Part shown: in pieces, positions 48,204-60,559 of the stretch | Layout: each line of letters starts with the position of its first letter | Numbering within the stretch: the stretch's first letter is position 1 | NCBI GenBank assembly: GCA_028534125.1 | Contig: CM052832.1 | Span: 23,066,001-23,130,000 of the forward strand | Source: Lama glama | Lineage: Eukaryota | Length of the DNA: 64,000 nt | Direction: 5' to 3' | The notes under the pieces: generated by a model | The model's input: the letters and a program-made list of their open reading frames with translations, nothing else | Told to the model about the DNA's origin: nothing | Databases searched by the model: none | Translations under genes and position numbers: made by a program

Positions 48204-51200
48204 AAAGTTAATCCCGTCTTGATCATCAACCCAACAGGCAAAACATTGTCTGGAACGTAAAGGAAAGGAGAAGAGGGAGCTGAGGTAGTTTTAAAACCCT
48301 GGGAGAGCAGCATGGGGGTGTTATAGCCAGGCCCACACTAAATGTAATTGTGCTGAACAATGCTAGTCAGAGATACAAAGACTTATTCAATACAGAAGTC
48401 CATGAAAGTTCACCATGCTAGTAACAGATATTTAATATCTTAGTTTCTCAGCGGCAAATTTATTTATTTTTTAATTTTGCCAAGCCCTAAGAGGACACTT
48501 AAATGTTAATATCTAATTCAGGGTGATCAAAGAAGAGCAAAATTTGGAAGAGTCACAGCAGAGAGAAACCATCAAGATGTCCTTGGTCCACAAGCACATT
48601 GTGTCTGGATACACCATGTCTGCCATCTATCTCCTGCTGTCTCTACCAGCCAGAGAACAGATCAGCCTGGAGAAACGGGCATGAGCCCGCCTCACAGGAA
48701 ACCTCTGTAGAAAACCCACAGTATCCTTTTTCCTTTGTCACCATTTCCTCATAAAATAATCTTTCAAAACTCAAACCTTCTAAACATCCAGATTAATCAG
48801 GGGAGTTAAGCTGTAACCTCAGACATATGGCTCACTTCCAAGAGTTCATGACAACCACCTCTCATTCACTCCCTGTTTCTTCAGACTCTAAAACCAGGAC
48901 ATGATAGATTTTCCAATGGCAAGCTCCAGTGTGACACAGGACAAATTCATGCTGAGCCCTGAGGCTCCTAGTCTTCCGTGTCCTTTTTTACAGTAGACAG
49001 AACTGACAGCTTTGAAAGAATGTGCAGGTTCTGTCCTCCTCTGCACAAATGAGGGAAGCTCTCTTTCCAGAAGTCCTAACAGGAAAATGCAAAATAAATC
49101 CAGCACAGCAGGAACACTGCTTAGCATGTCTATACACACAGCCCCACAAAACAGCCTTGGAAGACTTCTCAGCTACAAACAGAAAAAAAAAAAATCAATT
49201 CCTTGAGTATCTATGTATATTTACTATCTTAATTTGTCTCTACTTTTCACCAGAATTGTTAAAGTACCTACATCAGCCTATTGGCAATTGATTCTATGAC
49301 TTGTTCTATACAAGTTCACTTTATGGACTTCTCTGGATGGAATAAAGCAGGTGCTTCATGAAATAGTGTATGATACAGTAGGGTACCTAGAACTACATTT
49401 TTAAAATGCAGCAAAATAAGTACCCTGTACAATTACTTTCCTTCGTACCATGAAAACGTCATTTATTTTTAATTGACTGATATATGCACATTTTAGGTAC
49501 CTATTTTTTCCAGTTGGCATAAGAAGAAATATTGGAAAATCTGTAACTTTGGCAAGTGTATATTTTGTTCACAGTTATAGATTACCAGGGTGAGGGGAAG
49601 TCTGTTGAGACTGGTGGGTATATTTGGTCCTCCAAAGTTTAGGAGTGAAAATGGCAAAAATTGCAACAAAGAATCCCAAGGAATATGACTTTGTTTTGCA
49701 GCACAGCAAGATTAACCTGTCTGACACAATAGCCCTGGCTGTCATGCTAGGGAGAGGAACATTATTGTTTGCCCTTAGAAAAATACATGAAAAATAGAGG
49801 CTTATAAAATAGAATAGTCTGGAAATTTAGAGCTGATTATTATAAGAAATATTTCATATTTTTAATTGAGTAGAAAAAGCAACATGGGTGGCAATTAGAG
49901 TTTTAGGCTGCAAGAATGCAAAAAGGAAAGAGAAATGGTAGAAGGAGGTATAAGAAAAGCAGTTTTAATAAAGTAAGAAAGAGGGAGGAGGAATTAAGAA
50001 GGGGCAGCTTCCTCTCAACCTCGCCTTCTATCACTTTCCAGAGACAGAGGAAGTCAATTATGTACCCCAGCATCACCTACTGCAATCCTATTCCTTGGCT
50101 GACCTTCTCTGAACACACTTCCCTGCAGGATGTCTTGACAAGCTGCCCTGCACATCAGCAGAAAAAACTTCTGCTACCTGTAGATCCAGAGAAGCTCATT
50201 AAAAACACACCGAGTGTGGCACGGGGCTGTAAATTACTTTAAAACTCTCAGATTTTTCTCTTCTCTTTCAAAGTGTACAGATCAATTATTAAGCTTTGCC
50301 ACCGAAAAGTAGATCATAATAATTGTTACTATATCACAGTTTTATCAAACTGCCAGTCATTATCCACCACAAAGAAAACAAGTTTATGACCACACTAAAC
50401 CAACTGATATCTTGGAAGGAGGTGGGGGTGTGAGGAGAGGGAGGGAGACATGAAAGAGGAAAAAAGATAAAAACTATTTACTGGGTAAATAAAGAAAAAT
50501 TTAACAACAATTAATGAACCAACGTTTACTACACTAATTAATATCTCCTAGAGGGATATAAATGTGTTTATATCAGTGAAAGACTGTCTTGAAATGACAA
50601 GAAAATAGCCACACATCTAACATCAAAAGCATTTCTTTCTCCTTTCTCTTCCTCCCTCACTGTAGTGAGCACATGATGAGCACATGAAGGAAGGTAGAAT
50701 AATTCATTATTTTGTCTCCCACAGCTTTGTATCTTCAACTTTTTTTGGAATAAATACGAAGTCACAAATTAGCTTGTAGCAAAACAGAATTAATTGAATG
50801 TCTTAAGTAGGATCATCAAACCAAGGTTTGAGTCAATTTATCTGCCTAAGATTTTGCAAATGTAGTTTCAGCTCATTAGGGCGAGAGTTGATGCTAAGGA
50901 TGGGATATTATTAGACATAGAAAGGGAAAATTTAAGATCAGGAAAATCTGACTTGCTCTGTTTTTGCAAGAGACTTTCTTGAAGGCTATCTGATGTGTGC
51001 TACAAATCATAAAACAACTCCCCTTCAAACAGTAATCTGTGACTGAAAAAAATGAAGTTGCTTTAATAGAATCTGAAGATGTTTGCACATATAGTGACAC
51101 TGAGAAGGCCTCTGCCTTTCGTTCTCTCAAAAGCACTTGCCAGAAAACGTCTTAGAAATAATGCGAAAACAATTGTGTGTGTGTGTGTGTAACAGCAATA

Positions 51201-51804
51201 CACACACATACATAACAAAATATATTTATAGAAAAGCGAAATATACTTTATGTGCATTATACACACACACAGAGAGAGAAAGAGACCTTATTCTGATTGT
51301 TTCCTTGGAAAATAAATTTTTCAGGCATCCAAGTGAAACATGAGTATTTGGGCACAGTAAGAAAGCGACAACAGCAAAGCTGTGGGGGAGGGAGATGTTC
51401 CCTGCATTTCTACTAACAGAATCAATAATAGTCTGTGATTCTTCCAGCAAAAGGCTTCCCCACAGGAGAACTTAAGATAGCCACTGAGCATCCTGCCTGA
51501 CCCAGGTCAGGCAACAATTGCACAAATGCCCAGTTCTGCTCCATCTCCACATTTCATTAATGTGGGCTCTTTCCTCAGACAAGATAACACGATCTTGGAA
51601 CTCCTAGCACAATTACTTGTACTATGTCACAATAAACTTAAGGAAACCCAAAATGTTAGATTGAGGCTTAAGTATTATTAGTTGGGCCCAAAGACACCGG
51701 GTTTATGAGTAGATTTTTTCATTTGGTTAATCCAAACATTAAAGAATCCATATAAATGGAGCAAAACATCACTAAGGCTACTACAGCTGGAATAAAATAT
51801 CCAG

Positions 51805-52030
51805 AAGTAGTGAAAAGTCTGGCTTGGCAGACAAATGAAGTTACTTGCTAGACCTGACCAGGGTCAAATTACGCAGTCTCTCAGCTTCAGTGTCCTCACC
51901 TGCAAAATCCAGAAAATGGCAGCATTCGTAATACATACAGGTTTGCTGTGAGGATTAAAACAGACTATGTATTCAAAACACTAAGCACAATGCACATAAT
52001 AAGCACTTGATACATGTCAGCTACACTATT
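51805..52030 (+). mobile_element. MIR SINE
   Basis: 'ctctcagcttcagtgtcctcacctgcaaaat...ggtttgctgtgaggattaaa...aagcacttgatacatg'. Confidence 0.75.
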
Positions 52031-55000
52031 TTTATTCATCACTAGATAAATTCTCATCTCTCCTTTCACTTAGCTGTTAGTATACTATTGAATACGCCCA
52101 GTAACTGAACAATGACAAAACTACCTCGCCTTCCTCATGGTTCATAAAACTTAACTGGCTTTAAAAATCAGGTGTGAAAAACTTAACTTGATAGACTTTT
52201 AATTTCTCTTCTGCTGGTGCTAAAAACCAATGGCCAAAGCAGCTCCACACAGCAGAGAAATCGGGGACATGTCCAACTTCACAATACATATACTGTGCAC
52301 AGCCTCAAACAGTCACAGGTTAAGCGTGCTGAATTTTGCAATAATAAAAATGAAACATCCAAAAATATATATTTGTATATGTATAAACATACATGTGTAT
52401 GTATGCTTACGTTCCTGTCCTTTGAAAGGCGTTATTTAATCCCTAAGTATGGAGTGATTTATACAGCTCTCACTTTGCACTTTACTGCAGTACCCTTTTA
52501 AAACTGTGTTCTTCATATTTCCTGTTGAGTTGAAATTGTAATTTGTGTGAACCAAAGTTTATTCTCTGCTAAGGGAAAGAGGATTACTATTTGTCAGAAT
52601 TAGAGATGACCTTGCCCACCTTGGGGAAACAAAAGATTGTTTATTTGGGGTGAATTTATATTTACAGCCAGCAAAATATTCCTCTGGTGCCTCAGATTCT
52701 CCTCTCTGGTACTATGAGAAGGCAACTTTGGTTAGCTGCTCCCACTCACATCTGAGCGGAGCTGCAATAAGAGCAAATGGGCCTTGGAAATCACCATCAC
52801 ATTAGGCTGCTGTTCAAATAGCTTTTAGGGTTGTGATAATAGGAGGCAGTCCTAATAACTGGTGACTCTGCGAGACCCTGCCCAGAAGGCCTCCAAATGG
52901 CAGCACGCAATTTAAATTTTAATCTGGAAACAGTGGAAATGATGAGATTCCAGCTGGGGACCTTCTGGTCTGAGGGCCAGTGTTCAGCCTCCACATTAGC
53001 TGCCCCAAAGGTTCGTTGAGTTGATGAGCGAATGCCCCTACTCTTTCCACTCTTTCCTGCTCCATGCCCAATGCCCATCTGATTCCCCAGACAGAAGGAA
53101 GTTGCATTTCTCCGCTTCCATAGAGGCTTTGCTGGGGCTGATGAAGCAGTTCCACATTGCTGGGATCCAACCAAACACATCTGTGCTTGACACAAGTGCA
53201 TGATATTTTCATCACTCTGGCAAGTGATAACTTTCTAAACTTTTTTCCGTCCATGTGCTCGGTGGGCTTTGGGACATACGTATCCACTTTAAGCTTCAAA
53301 TGAAAGCTGGCAGATGCATGCCATGGGCAGGAGGAAAGCACTTTATTTTTTCCTACAATAAGCAATAACCCTTAGTATAATAACTCAAAACAAGTTAAAC
53401 AGCTAAAGGGAACATTAGTGGGACCCTGTTGGCATGGAAGGGAACAGCTGGCCATGTTAGTAGTCATTGCACGTCATTACTCGGGAAGTACGCTTCCAGA
53501 TCTGCTACCAGCTTGTATGTCCTGAGTGTGGAGGCAGTGTCATACGACAGATGAGAAAGTGTCATCACAGGACGTTGGAGGCAAAACTCTAGATGTTGAT
53601 ATTTGGCAATGCCGGATTTGGTTTCCGTTAAGCAGAAAGGAAAAACATCTTACTGACTGAAATAAAGTTGGGAAGAAAATTTTGAAGGCTCCTGTAATCG
53701 CTCTCGTTTCTCTGCCTATATCATTTTTTAATTGGAAACTTTTTATTCCCAGTGTGTAACAATGACTCCCAAGAATGGTGATTTGTCTCTCAGACTAGGA
53801 GTGTGAATCTAACGAAAGGATGAACATTAATACCTGGATGCCTGGAATGCTCAGAGTGAAACTCAGCTGCTTCCACTGGGCTCCATTAGGAAACCTATTC
53901 CAGTGCCCTAATACCCTCAGCAGCAGAACTAAAAAGTTGTTTTGATTTTTTTTTTAAACCACACACAGGAGCAAATTTCTGCAAGGTGGAAATGGGAATA
54001 AAAACCAGTGTTTTGGAATTTTTTCTTTGCAGATAGTCATCAAATGAGGTACAATATTTGCTAACAGAGGGTAATTTGAATTATCCACGGATAGTTCAAA
54101 AACACAAAGAGTTCATTACCCAGATATCTCTATTTAAAATAGATTTGCTTTTGTTCATCAGTGCAGTGCACATGGCTGGGAAATGGCAAAGTGCCAGGAT
54201 GAAACTGCTCCTAATTTTCAAAGGAGGCCACCAGTTAATTACGCAGACTGCAGGTGTGAAGAGAGAAGCTCAAAGTAATCAATAGCAGTAATTAATCTGC
54301 TAGACTGGAGCTAAAGAGCTAACAGCTGGACATCAGAAATGGACACATGCAACAAGATCAGCAATAATTACCTCTTTAAATATTGAATTTCCATAGCAAC
54401 AATTAGGCTTATAAATAAAGGCTGGAAACCAAGGCTTCGAGGCATGACACTGCATGGCAAACACAACATTCTCCAAATCAACCCTTTTAATAAAACACCA
54501 ACAATATGCTTGAGCTAGGTCGACCAGTTTCCAGGGTTGGAAGAGGGTGGATGTAGTTCCTCCAGCCTCAGCTTTCTTGGCAGCCTGTCATTGGCTTTCA
54601 GATCTCTGAGTCACAAAGATGGCCCTGGAAGTTTGCTTTGGGCAAGAGAGCAATGCCTTTCCACATCACCTAGCACCACAGAGCTACCAGCTACAAGACA
54701 CATTTCTTATCTGTGAAATGTGTTCCTTTAAAAAAAAAAATCACAAAACTTGTAAGCAAAATATTTAACTAAGGTACTAGAACCATCAGTTTTGAAGAAA
54801 GCAAGGGTTTTTTTTCAAGACCAATATGACAAACAAGAGACCCAGACACTTAGGCCTCTGTGACAATCTTCTGCTTTGTGGAAAGAATAGAGAAAACTTG
54901 CTGTTAGTGGGTTTTGCATTGTTTGTGAGTCAGTGGGAAAGGGGAGGTTAGTTGTTATTAAATGTGAACTAAGTGCGCGACACTATGGTCTTCATCCATT

Positions 55001-55319
55001 TGAGCCTACTGTTGTTTTGTTTACTGAAGCAAAAGAGGCATAGGGAGGCTAAAGGCTTGCCAGAGCCTCAAAGCCAATAGATGAGAACTAGGAGGGCCAT
55101 AATTTGAATTCAATCCTGGGAGTTTTTAACATATTTCAACAAAGCACTCAGACATCCTTGGGAAGTAAATATGTTTTCTAAAACACTTCAAATTATTGTC
55201 GTGATTTGAAATGCAACTTAAGTTACGCTGCTTGTGTTCTACCAGTGTCACCAAGAAAACCAGTGATAGTCTGATTCCTTGATAAATACAAATTATTTAA
55301 TTCTCTTTCATGCTTTTTC

Positions 55320-55537
55320 GTTTTGATTTTTCTTAATATTTTTTAGTTGAAGTATAGTCAGTTTACAGTGTTGTGTCAATTTCTGGTGTACAGCATGATG
55401 TTTCAGTCATATATATACAATATTCCTTTTTATATTCTTTTTCATTATAGGTTACTACAACATATTGAATACAGTTCCCTGTGCTGTACAGCAGAAAGTT
55501 GTTGTTTATCTATTTTATATATGGTAGTTAGTATCTG
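55320..55537 (-). mobile_element. Camelid-type L1 3' UTR fragment
   Basis: Nearly collinear with 40727-40922 ('ttgaagtatagtcagtttaca...gtgtcaatttctggtgtacagcat...'). Confidence 0.92.
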
Positions 55538-55719
55538 AAAGTAGTTCACAACTTCCATGGCCCTTATTCTAACAAATAAGCATTCCATAGGAAAATATGA
55601 TGAACAGTATTTACCAATTATGTACTTAACTGGCTGACTCTGGAATATGGACTTAGCCAGGCACATTTCATCTTAATCATTATCAGAACAGAGCAGTTTT
55701 TCTTCAGATCCTATTCTCT

Positions 55720-55855
55720 GCCAATTACTGAGCAAGGCACTTTTCATGCATTATCTCATTTAATTCTCATAATACTATAAACTATGTAATATCATTAATA
55801 CCCATTCACACTTGAGAAAAATGAGGCTCAGAGAGATTAAGCAATATCCCCACAG
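55720..55855 (-). mobile_element. MIR SINE fragment
   Basis: 'gcattatctcatttaattctcataa...cccattcacacttgagaaaaatgaggctcagagagattaag'. Confidence 0.85.
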
Positions 55856-56517
55856 ACATGCCTGTCAGTACAGCTTCCTCTTCTTAGAATTTAGTCAGTC
55901 TATCCTCTCTCTGCTTCCATGCTATACCCTTTTATGTTGCCGCTTCTTCACTAATTAGGATGACTTTGTACTTTGGATCTAGACTGCTGCACCTTTCTTT
56001 ATTGTAAGACATCAACTGCTTAAGAAACAAAATATGAAATGGATATGAAGAGGAGCAAACAGCAGAGGTGACATTATTCTGTCCATTCAATAGCATTTGG
56101 AGGGAGAACACTTACCACCAAACTCCTCATGTCTCCGTAGATGGTGGAGGACTTCCATCCCTCTGTCCAACAAGGAGTAGTTTGCGAAGAACACTTCTGG
56201 CCTCACTGTATGAGAAGAGAAACAATTTTAGTGACACAAGAATCCAGGTCAAGAGTCACACAGACAAACAGAGAAATAAAAAATGGTGAAGGCAGGTAAT
56301 GCATCTGGAATATTTCCTTATGGAAAACCCTATCAAGTATTTAGTGGCAGGTGGATTTTGGAAGACAAAAGTAGATCATAATAACACAATATGCAATTTG
56401 ATCTAAATATGACACTAAGAGAACCTTGTTTTCCATAGAAATTGAGAAATATTTTGTGTTGTTAAACATTAGAGAGTTCCATTTTGGGAAAAAAAATCAA
56501 ATCAAAGAAAAGTGAGG

Positions 56518-56650
56518 AGGGAGGTATAGCTCAGTGGTACAGTGCATGCCTAGCATGCACAGGATCCTGGGTTCAACCCCCAGTAGCTCCATTAAAAATA
56601 AATAAATAAAAATCTAATTACCTCCTCCTCTCCCAACAACAACAACAACA
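56518..56650 (+). mobile_element. tRNA-Ala-derived camelid SINE (Vic-1-like)
   Basis: A box TAGCTCAGTGG, B box GGTTCAACCCC, Ala(AGC)-like arm 'gcatgcctagcatgc', A-rich/(CAA)n tail, TSD aaaagtgagg / aaaagtaagg. Confidence 0.88.
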
Positions 56651-56733
56651 AAAAGTAAGGGTGGGTTTGGCTGCCATCATAACTCCAAAAGGATATGAAC
56701 TATTGCTGGTGATTCCCTACCCGAGCACTAGAC

Positions 56734-57606
56734 CAGGGACTGGTAAACTAGAGCCATGAGTCAAATCTGTGCCTCCTGCCATTTCTTCTTTATTTTACTT
56801 TTTACTTCTGTTTTTCTACTTTTTAATTATGTTTTTAATTTCTTTTTATTGTAGTAAAATAAACATAACAAAAATTCACCATTTAAGCTCCTTCAGTACA
56901 ATTCAGTGGTATTAAGCACATTCACATCGTTGTGTAATCTCACCACCATCCATCTCCAGAACTTCTTCATCATCCCAAACTGAAATTTTTTATCTCTTAA
57001 ACAATAGCTCCCCATTTTCCCCTTCCCCAGCCTCTGGTAACAAGGATTCTACTTTCTTTCTCTATGAATTTGACCTAGAGTACTCTAAGTACTCATACAA
57101 ACGGACTCATAAAATGTTTGTCCTTTTGTGTCTGGCTTATCTCACTTCTATAATGTTCTCAATATCTATCCATGTTGTAGCATGTGTCAGAATTTCATTC
57201 CTTCTTAAGACGAAATAGTGTTCCGTTTCATGCATAGACCACATTTTGCTTATCTGTTCATTTACTGATGAACACTTACACTGCTTCCACCTTCTGGCTA
57301 TTATGAATAATGCTGCTATGAACATGGATGGACAAGTCCCTGCTTTTGATTCTTTTGGGTACATACGTAGGATGAAATTTCTAGGTCATATGGTAATTCT
57401 ATGTTTAATTTCTTTTTGAGGAACCTGCTGCCTGTTTTTGTAAATTAAGTTTTATTTGAACACAGCCATGGTCATGTGTTGTGTTGCCTAGGGTTACTTT
57501 CAGGCTACAATGGCAGAGTTGAGTGGTTGTATCAGAGACCTCATGGCCCACAAAATCTGAAATACTTACTATTTGGCCCTTTAGAGAAAAAGTTTGCCAA
57601 CACCTG
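56734..57606 (+). mobile_element. MER58A hAT MITE split by an L1MB insertion
   Basis: Termini cagggactggtaaact / agtttgccaacacctg; 8-bp TSD-like cactagac / cattagat; body 'gttttatttgaacacagccat...atggcagagttgagt...actatttggcccttta'. Confidence 0.85.
56781..57424 (-). mobile_element. L1MB 3' fragment
   Basis: T-rich tail; 'caccaccatccatctccagaac'; minus ORF 57137..57364 (YPKESKAG...[20 protein letters not shown]). Confidence 0.9.
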
Positions 57607-57647
57607 CATTAGATATCAAGGCACTTATAAAAAATACAGGTTCTAAC

Positions 57648-58652
57648 CTACAGAATGGGAGAAAATATTTGCAAATAATGTGACTGACAAGGACTTAATT
57701 TCCAGTATATATAAACAGCTTGTACAACTTAATAACAAAAAAAAAACAGCCTAATCCAAAAACGGGCAGAAGACCTAAACAAGCAATTCTCCAATGAAGA
57801 CATATAAATGGCCAATAGGCACGTGAAAAAATGCTCAATATTGCTAATTATCAGAGAAATGCAAATAAAATGACAATGAGGCATCACCTCACACCAGTCA
57901 GAATGGCCATTATTCAAGTCCACAAACAATAAATGCTGGAGAGGATATGGAGAAAATGGAACCCTCCTACACTGTTGGTTGGCATGTAGTTTTGTGCAGT
58001 CATTATGGAAAACAGTATGGAGATTCCTCAAAAGACTAAATAATAGACTTACCATATGATCCAGCAATCCCACTCCTGGGCATATATCTGGAGGGAACTC
58101 TATTCGAAAAGATACACACACCTCCATGTTCATAGCAGCACGACTTACAATAGCCAGGACATGGAAACAACCTAAATGTCCATGGACAGATAACTAGATA
58201 AAGAAGTTGTATATTTATACAATGGAATCAATGGAATACTACTCATCCATAAAAAAGAATAAACTAATGCCATTTGTGCAATGTGGATGGACCTGAAGAT
58301 CGTCATTCTAAGTGAAGTAAGCCAGAAAGAGAAAGAAAAACACCATATGATATCACTCATAGGTGGACTCTAAAAAAAATAAAAGACACAAATGAACTTC
58401 TTTACAAAACAGAAATAGACTCATGGACTTAGAAAATAAACTTGTGATTACCAAGAGGGAAAGGAGTGGGAAGGGATAAATTGGAGTCAGAGATTTGCCG
58501 ATACTAGCTACCATTTATAAAATAGATAAACAACACATTTCTTCTGTATAGCACAGGGAACTATATTCAGTATCTTGCAGTAATCTATAATGAAATGGAC
58601 AAAACATTGTAAACTGACTATGCTTCAATAAAAATATAAAAATAAAATAAAA
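57648..58652 (+). mobile_element. Camelid-type L1, 5'-truncated (~1 kb)
   Basis: ORF2 C-terminal sequence 'cagaatgggagaaaatatttgcaaat...cacctcacaccagtcagaatggcc', 3' UTR and (TAAAA)n tail. Confidence 0.95.
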
Positions 58653-59599
58653 TGATTCTGACATAGCTAGTCTCTGAGTCAGCATTTGGGAACCCCTGAA
58701 CAAAAACACCTCCAGAAACGAGTACAAATATATCCAATCGCCCTGTTGGCAACTACAGTATTCAGTGAAATCTCAGCATTTAGTAAACTCTGAGTGCATA
58801 CCCAATCCTTGAAAGCATGTAAATTGAAGATTTAGCAGAAGCTAAGCTTGGTTTAAAACTGTGTCTGAAAGACAAACACTCTGGGAATTGAAGCGAGCCC
58901 AATTTTGGACAGATGTATTATAACCCATACAAGAGGAGGTATTTTAATGGCCTCCCTTTTATTAATCCACATAATCAGTGAGCAGAATTTCTTCATCTCA
59001 GGAGTCTGCTGTATCTCTTTAACTCAGCATCTCTAAACCTCTGACCTATTGACAGCTTCTCTACTTTTTAGTCTGTGCTGTTTTGTTTTGCTCTGCATTT
59101 TCTGACTCTGCTCATTGATTTCACTCTCCTTCTATCTTTCTGGGGATCTTGTGTCTCTCTGTCCATCTTAACATCAGTGTGTGTTCACATTTGAGATCAC
59201 AGAGGTGAAGCCCTCTATTCTTTTCTCTCCTCTCAGATTTTCTTTCTCAACTCTCTGCATGAGTTCATAGAGAACATTCACACCACTGTGTCCTTGTGAG
59301 CCAAATCACACTCAACCCAAACATCACAGTAATAGCACATACCACAACCCATTGAAGCAAACACAATTTAACAATAATCTCTTTGTATTATAAAAGTAAA
59401 TATTCTAGCCCAATCAAAGTCACTCTTATTTCAGGCAATGTTCATTATAAATTAATAGTATAAACTAAGAATTTAGATTTTCTTTAGCTATCATTAAATA
59501 AATGAACTGTAGCTATACCTGATTAGGGCTAAAATCTTGGCAACAGCATATAGCCAAAACCAGTAACAATTACAAGAAAAATGTATTTTAATATGCATT

Positions 59600-59705
59600 T
59601 AGTCAAGTTAACAAATATTCAACATGGCACCTATCAGGCACTGAAGAGACAGAAACGAACAAAGCATCATCCAGTGATCCTCGGCCTTACTGAGTTTGCT
59701 GAGCA
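59600..59705 (-). mobile_element. L2 3' fragment
   Basis: 'caaatattcaac...caggcactgaagagacagaaacgaacaaagca'. Confidence 0.5.
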
Positions 59706-60284
59706 ATTAGAATGTTAGGATTTTTGACAACATAGCTAAAGCTACCCAGCATACCCGTGGTCATCCTTTATAATTATGTAGATGGCTTGAGTAGAACTAT
59801 GAACTTCCCTGCCTGTGACTTCTTTCACCACTCTACAGGAAAGTTCTTACATGCTCCAGAAAGCAAGCCACCTTCCTAGAGTTTCGGCTTGGTGTACTCT
59901 ATTACCAGTATAGCCAGTTGCACCTACTCTGCACCGATTTATATCAGCTCAATCTTCACCCAACAAACTGCACCAAACAGTATGGGTTCTCAACAGCAGA
60001 AATATTCTATACTCTGGTTAAATGTTGTTGGTACACTTATGAAGGGTTTAAGCATTTTACAGAAAAGAAGCAAAGTCTATGTTTCATCTTTTTTTTTCCC
60101 TTTATGACCAAGGTTCATTTTCTTGAACTTCAGTTATTATTTTAAAATCCTCAAATGCTTCTCTAGTACGGAGGATTGTTCCCAGTGGCACTGATTCCTT
60201 GCACTTTAAAAAAAAAAATCTTCTCATTCATTCTCAGGTCAGCTGCTATCTGTCTTTCTTTTCAGGTACCATGAAATACTAGAA

Positions 60285-60525
60285 AATCCATGGGCTCTGA
60301 GGTCAACAGAACTGGTTCCAAACACAGCTCATCACTAATTGGCTGTATGATCCTGAGCAACTTCATTTATTAAACTCTGAGCCCCAGTTTCATCTCCTAT
60401 AAAATGTGGGTATTAAAATTTCCTCTGAGAGTTTTTTTTTAAGATTTAAAAATTAGAATTTAAGATGCAAGATGCAGGATTATGCATAAGCATGTCCTCA
60501 ATAAAAAGCAACCATTATCAGTCTT
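60285..60525 (+). mobile_element. MIR SINE
   Basis: 'gctgtatgatcctgagcaacttcatt...ctctgagccccagtttcatctcctataaaatg'. Confidence 0.75.
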
Positions 60526-60559
60526 CTTACTATTCTTGCTCAAATTACCACATTAGTCT

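Noticed and set aside
52889..52904. CTCF site (cctccaaatggcagca)
   Set aside because: Mismatch at a core G of the motif; too weak without data.
52797..53365. Overlapping 134-aa and 148-aa minus ORFs
   Set aside because: No recognisable homology; expected by chance in a locally GC-richer tract.
56518..56592. tRNA-Ala(AGC) gene
   Set aside because: Several stem mismatches, an A-rich tail and a TSD show that it is a tRNA-derived SINE.
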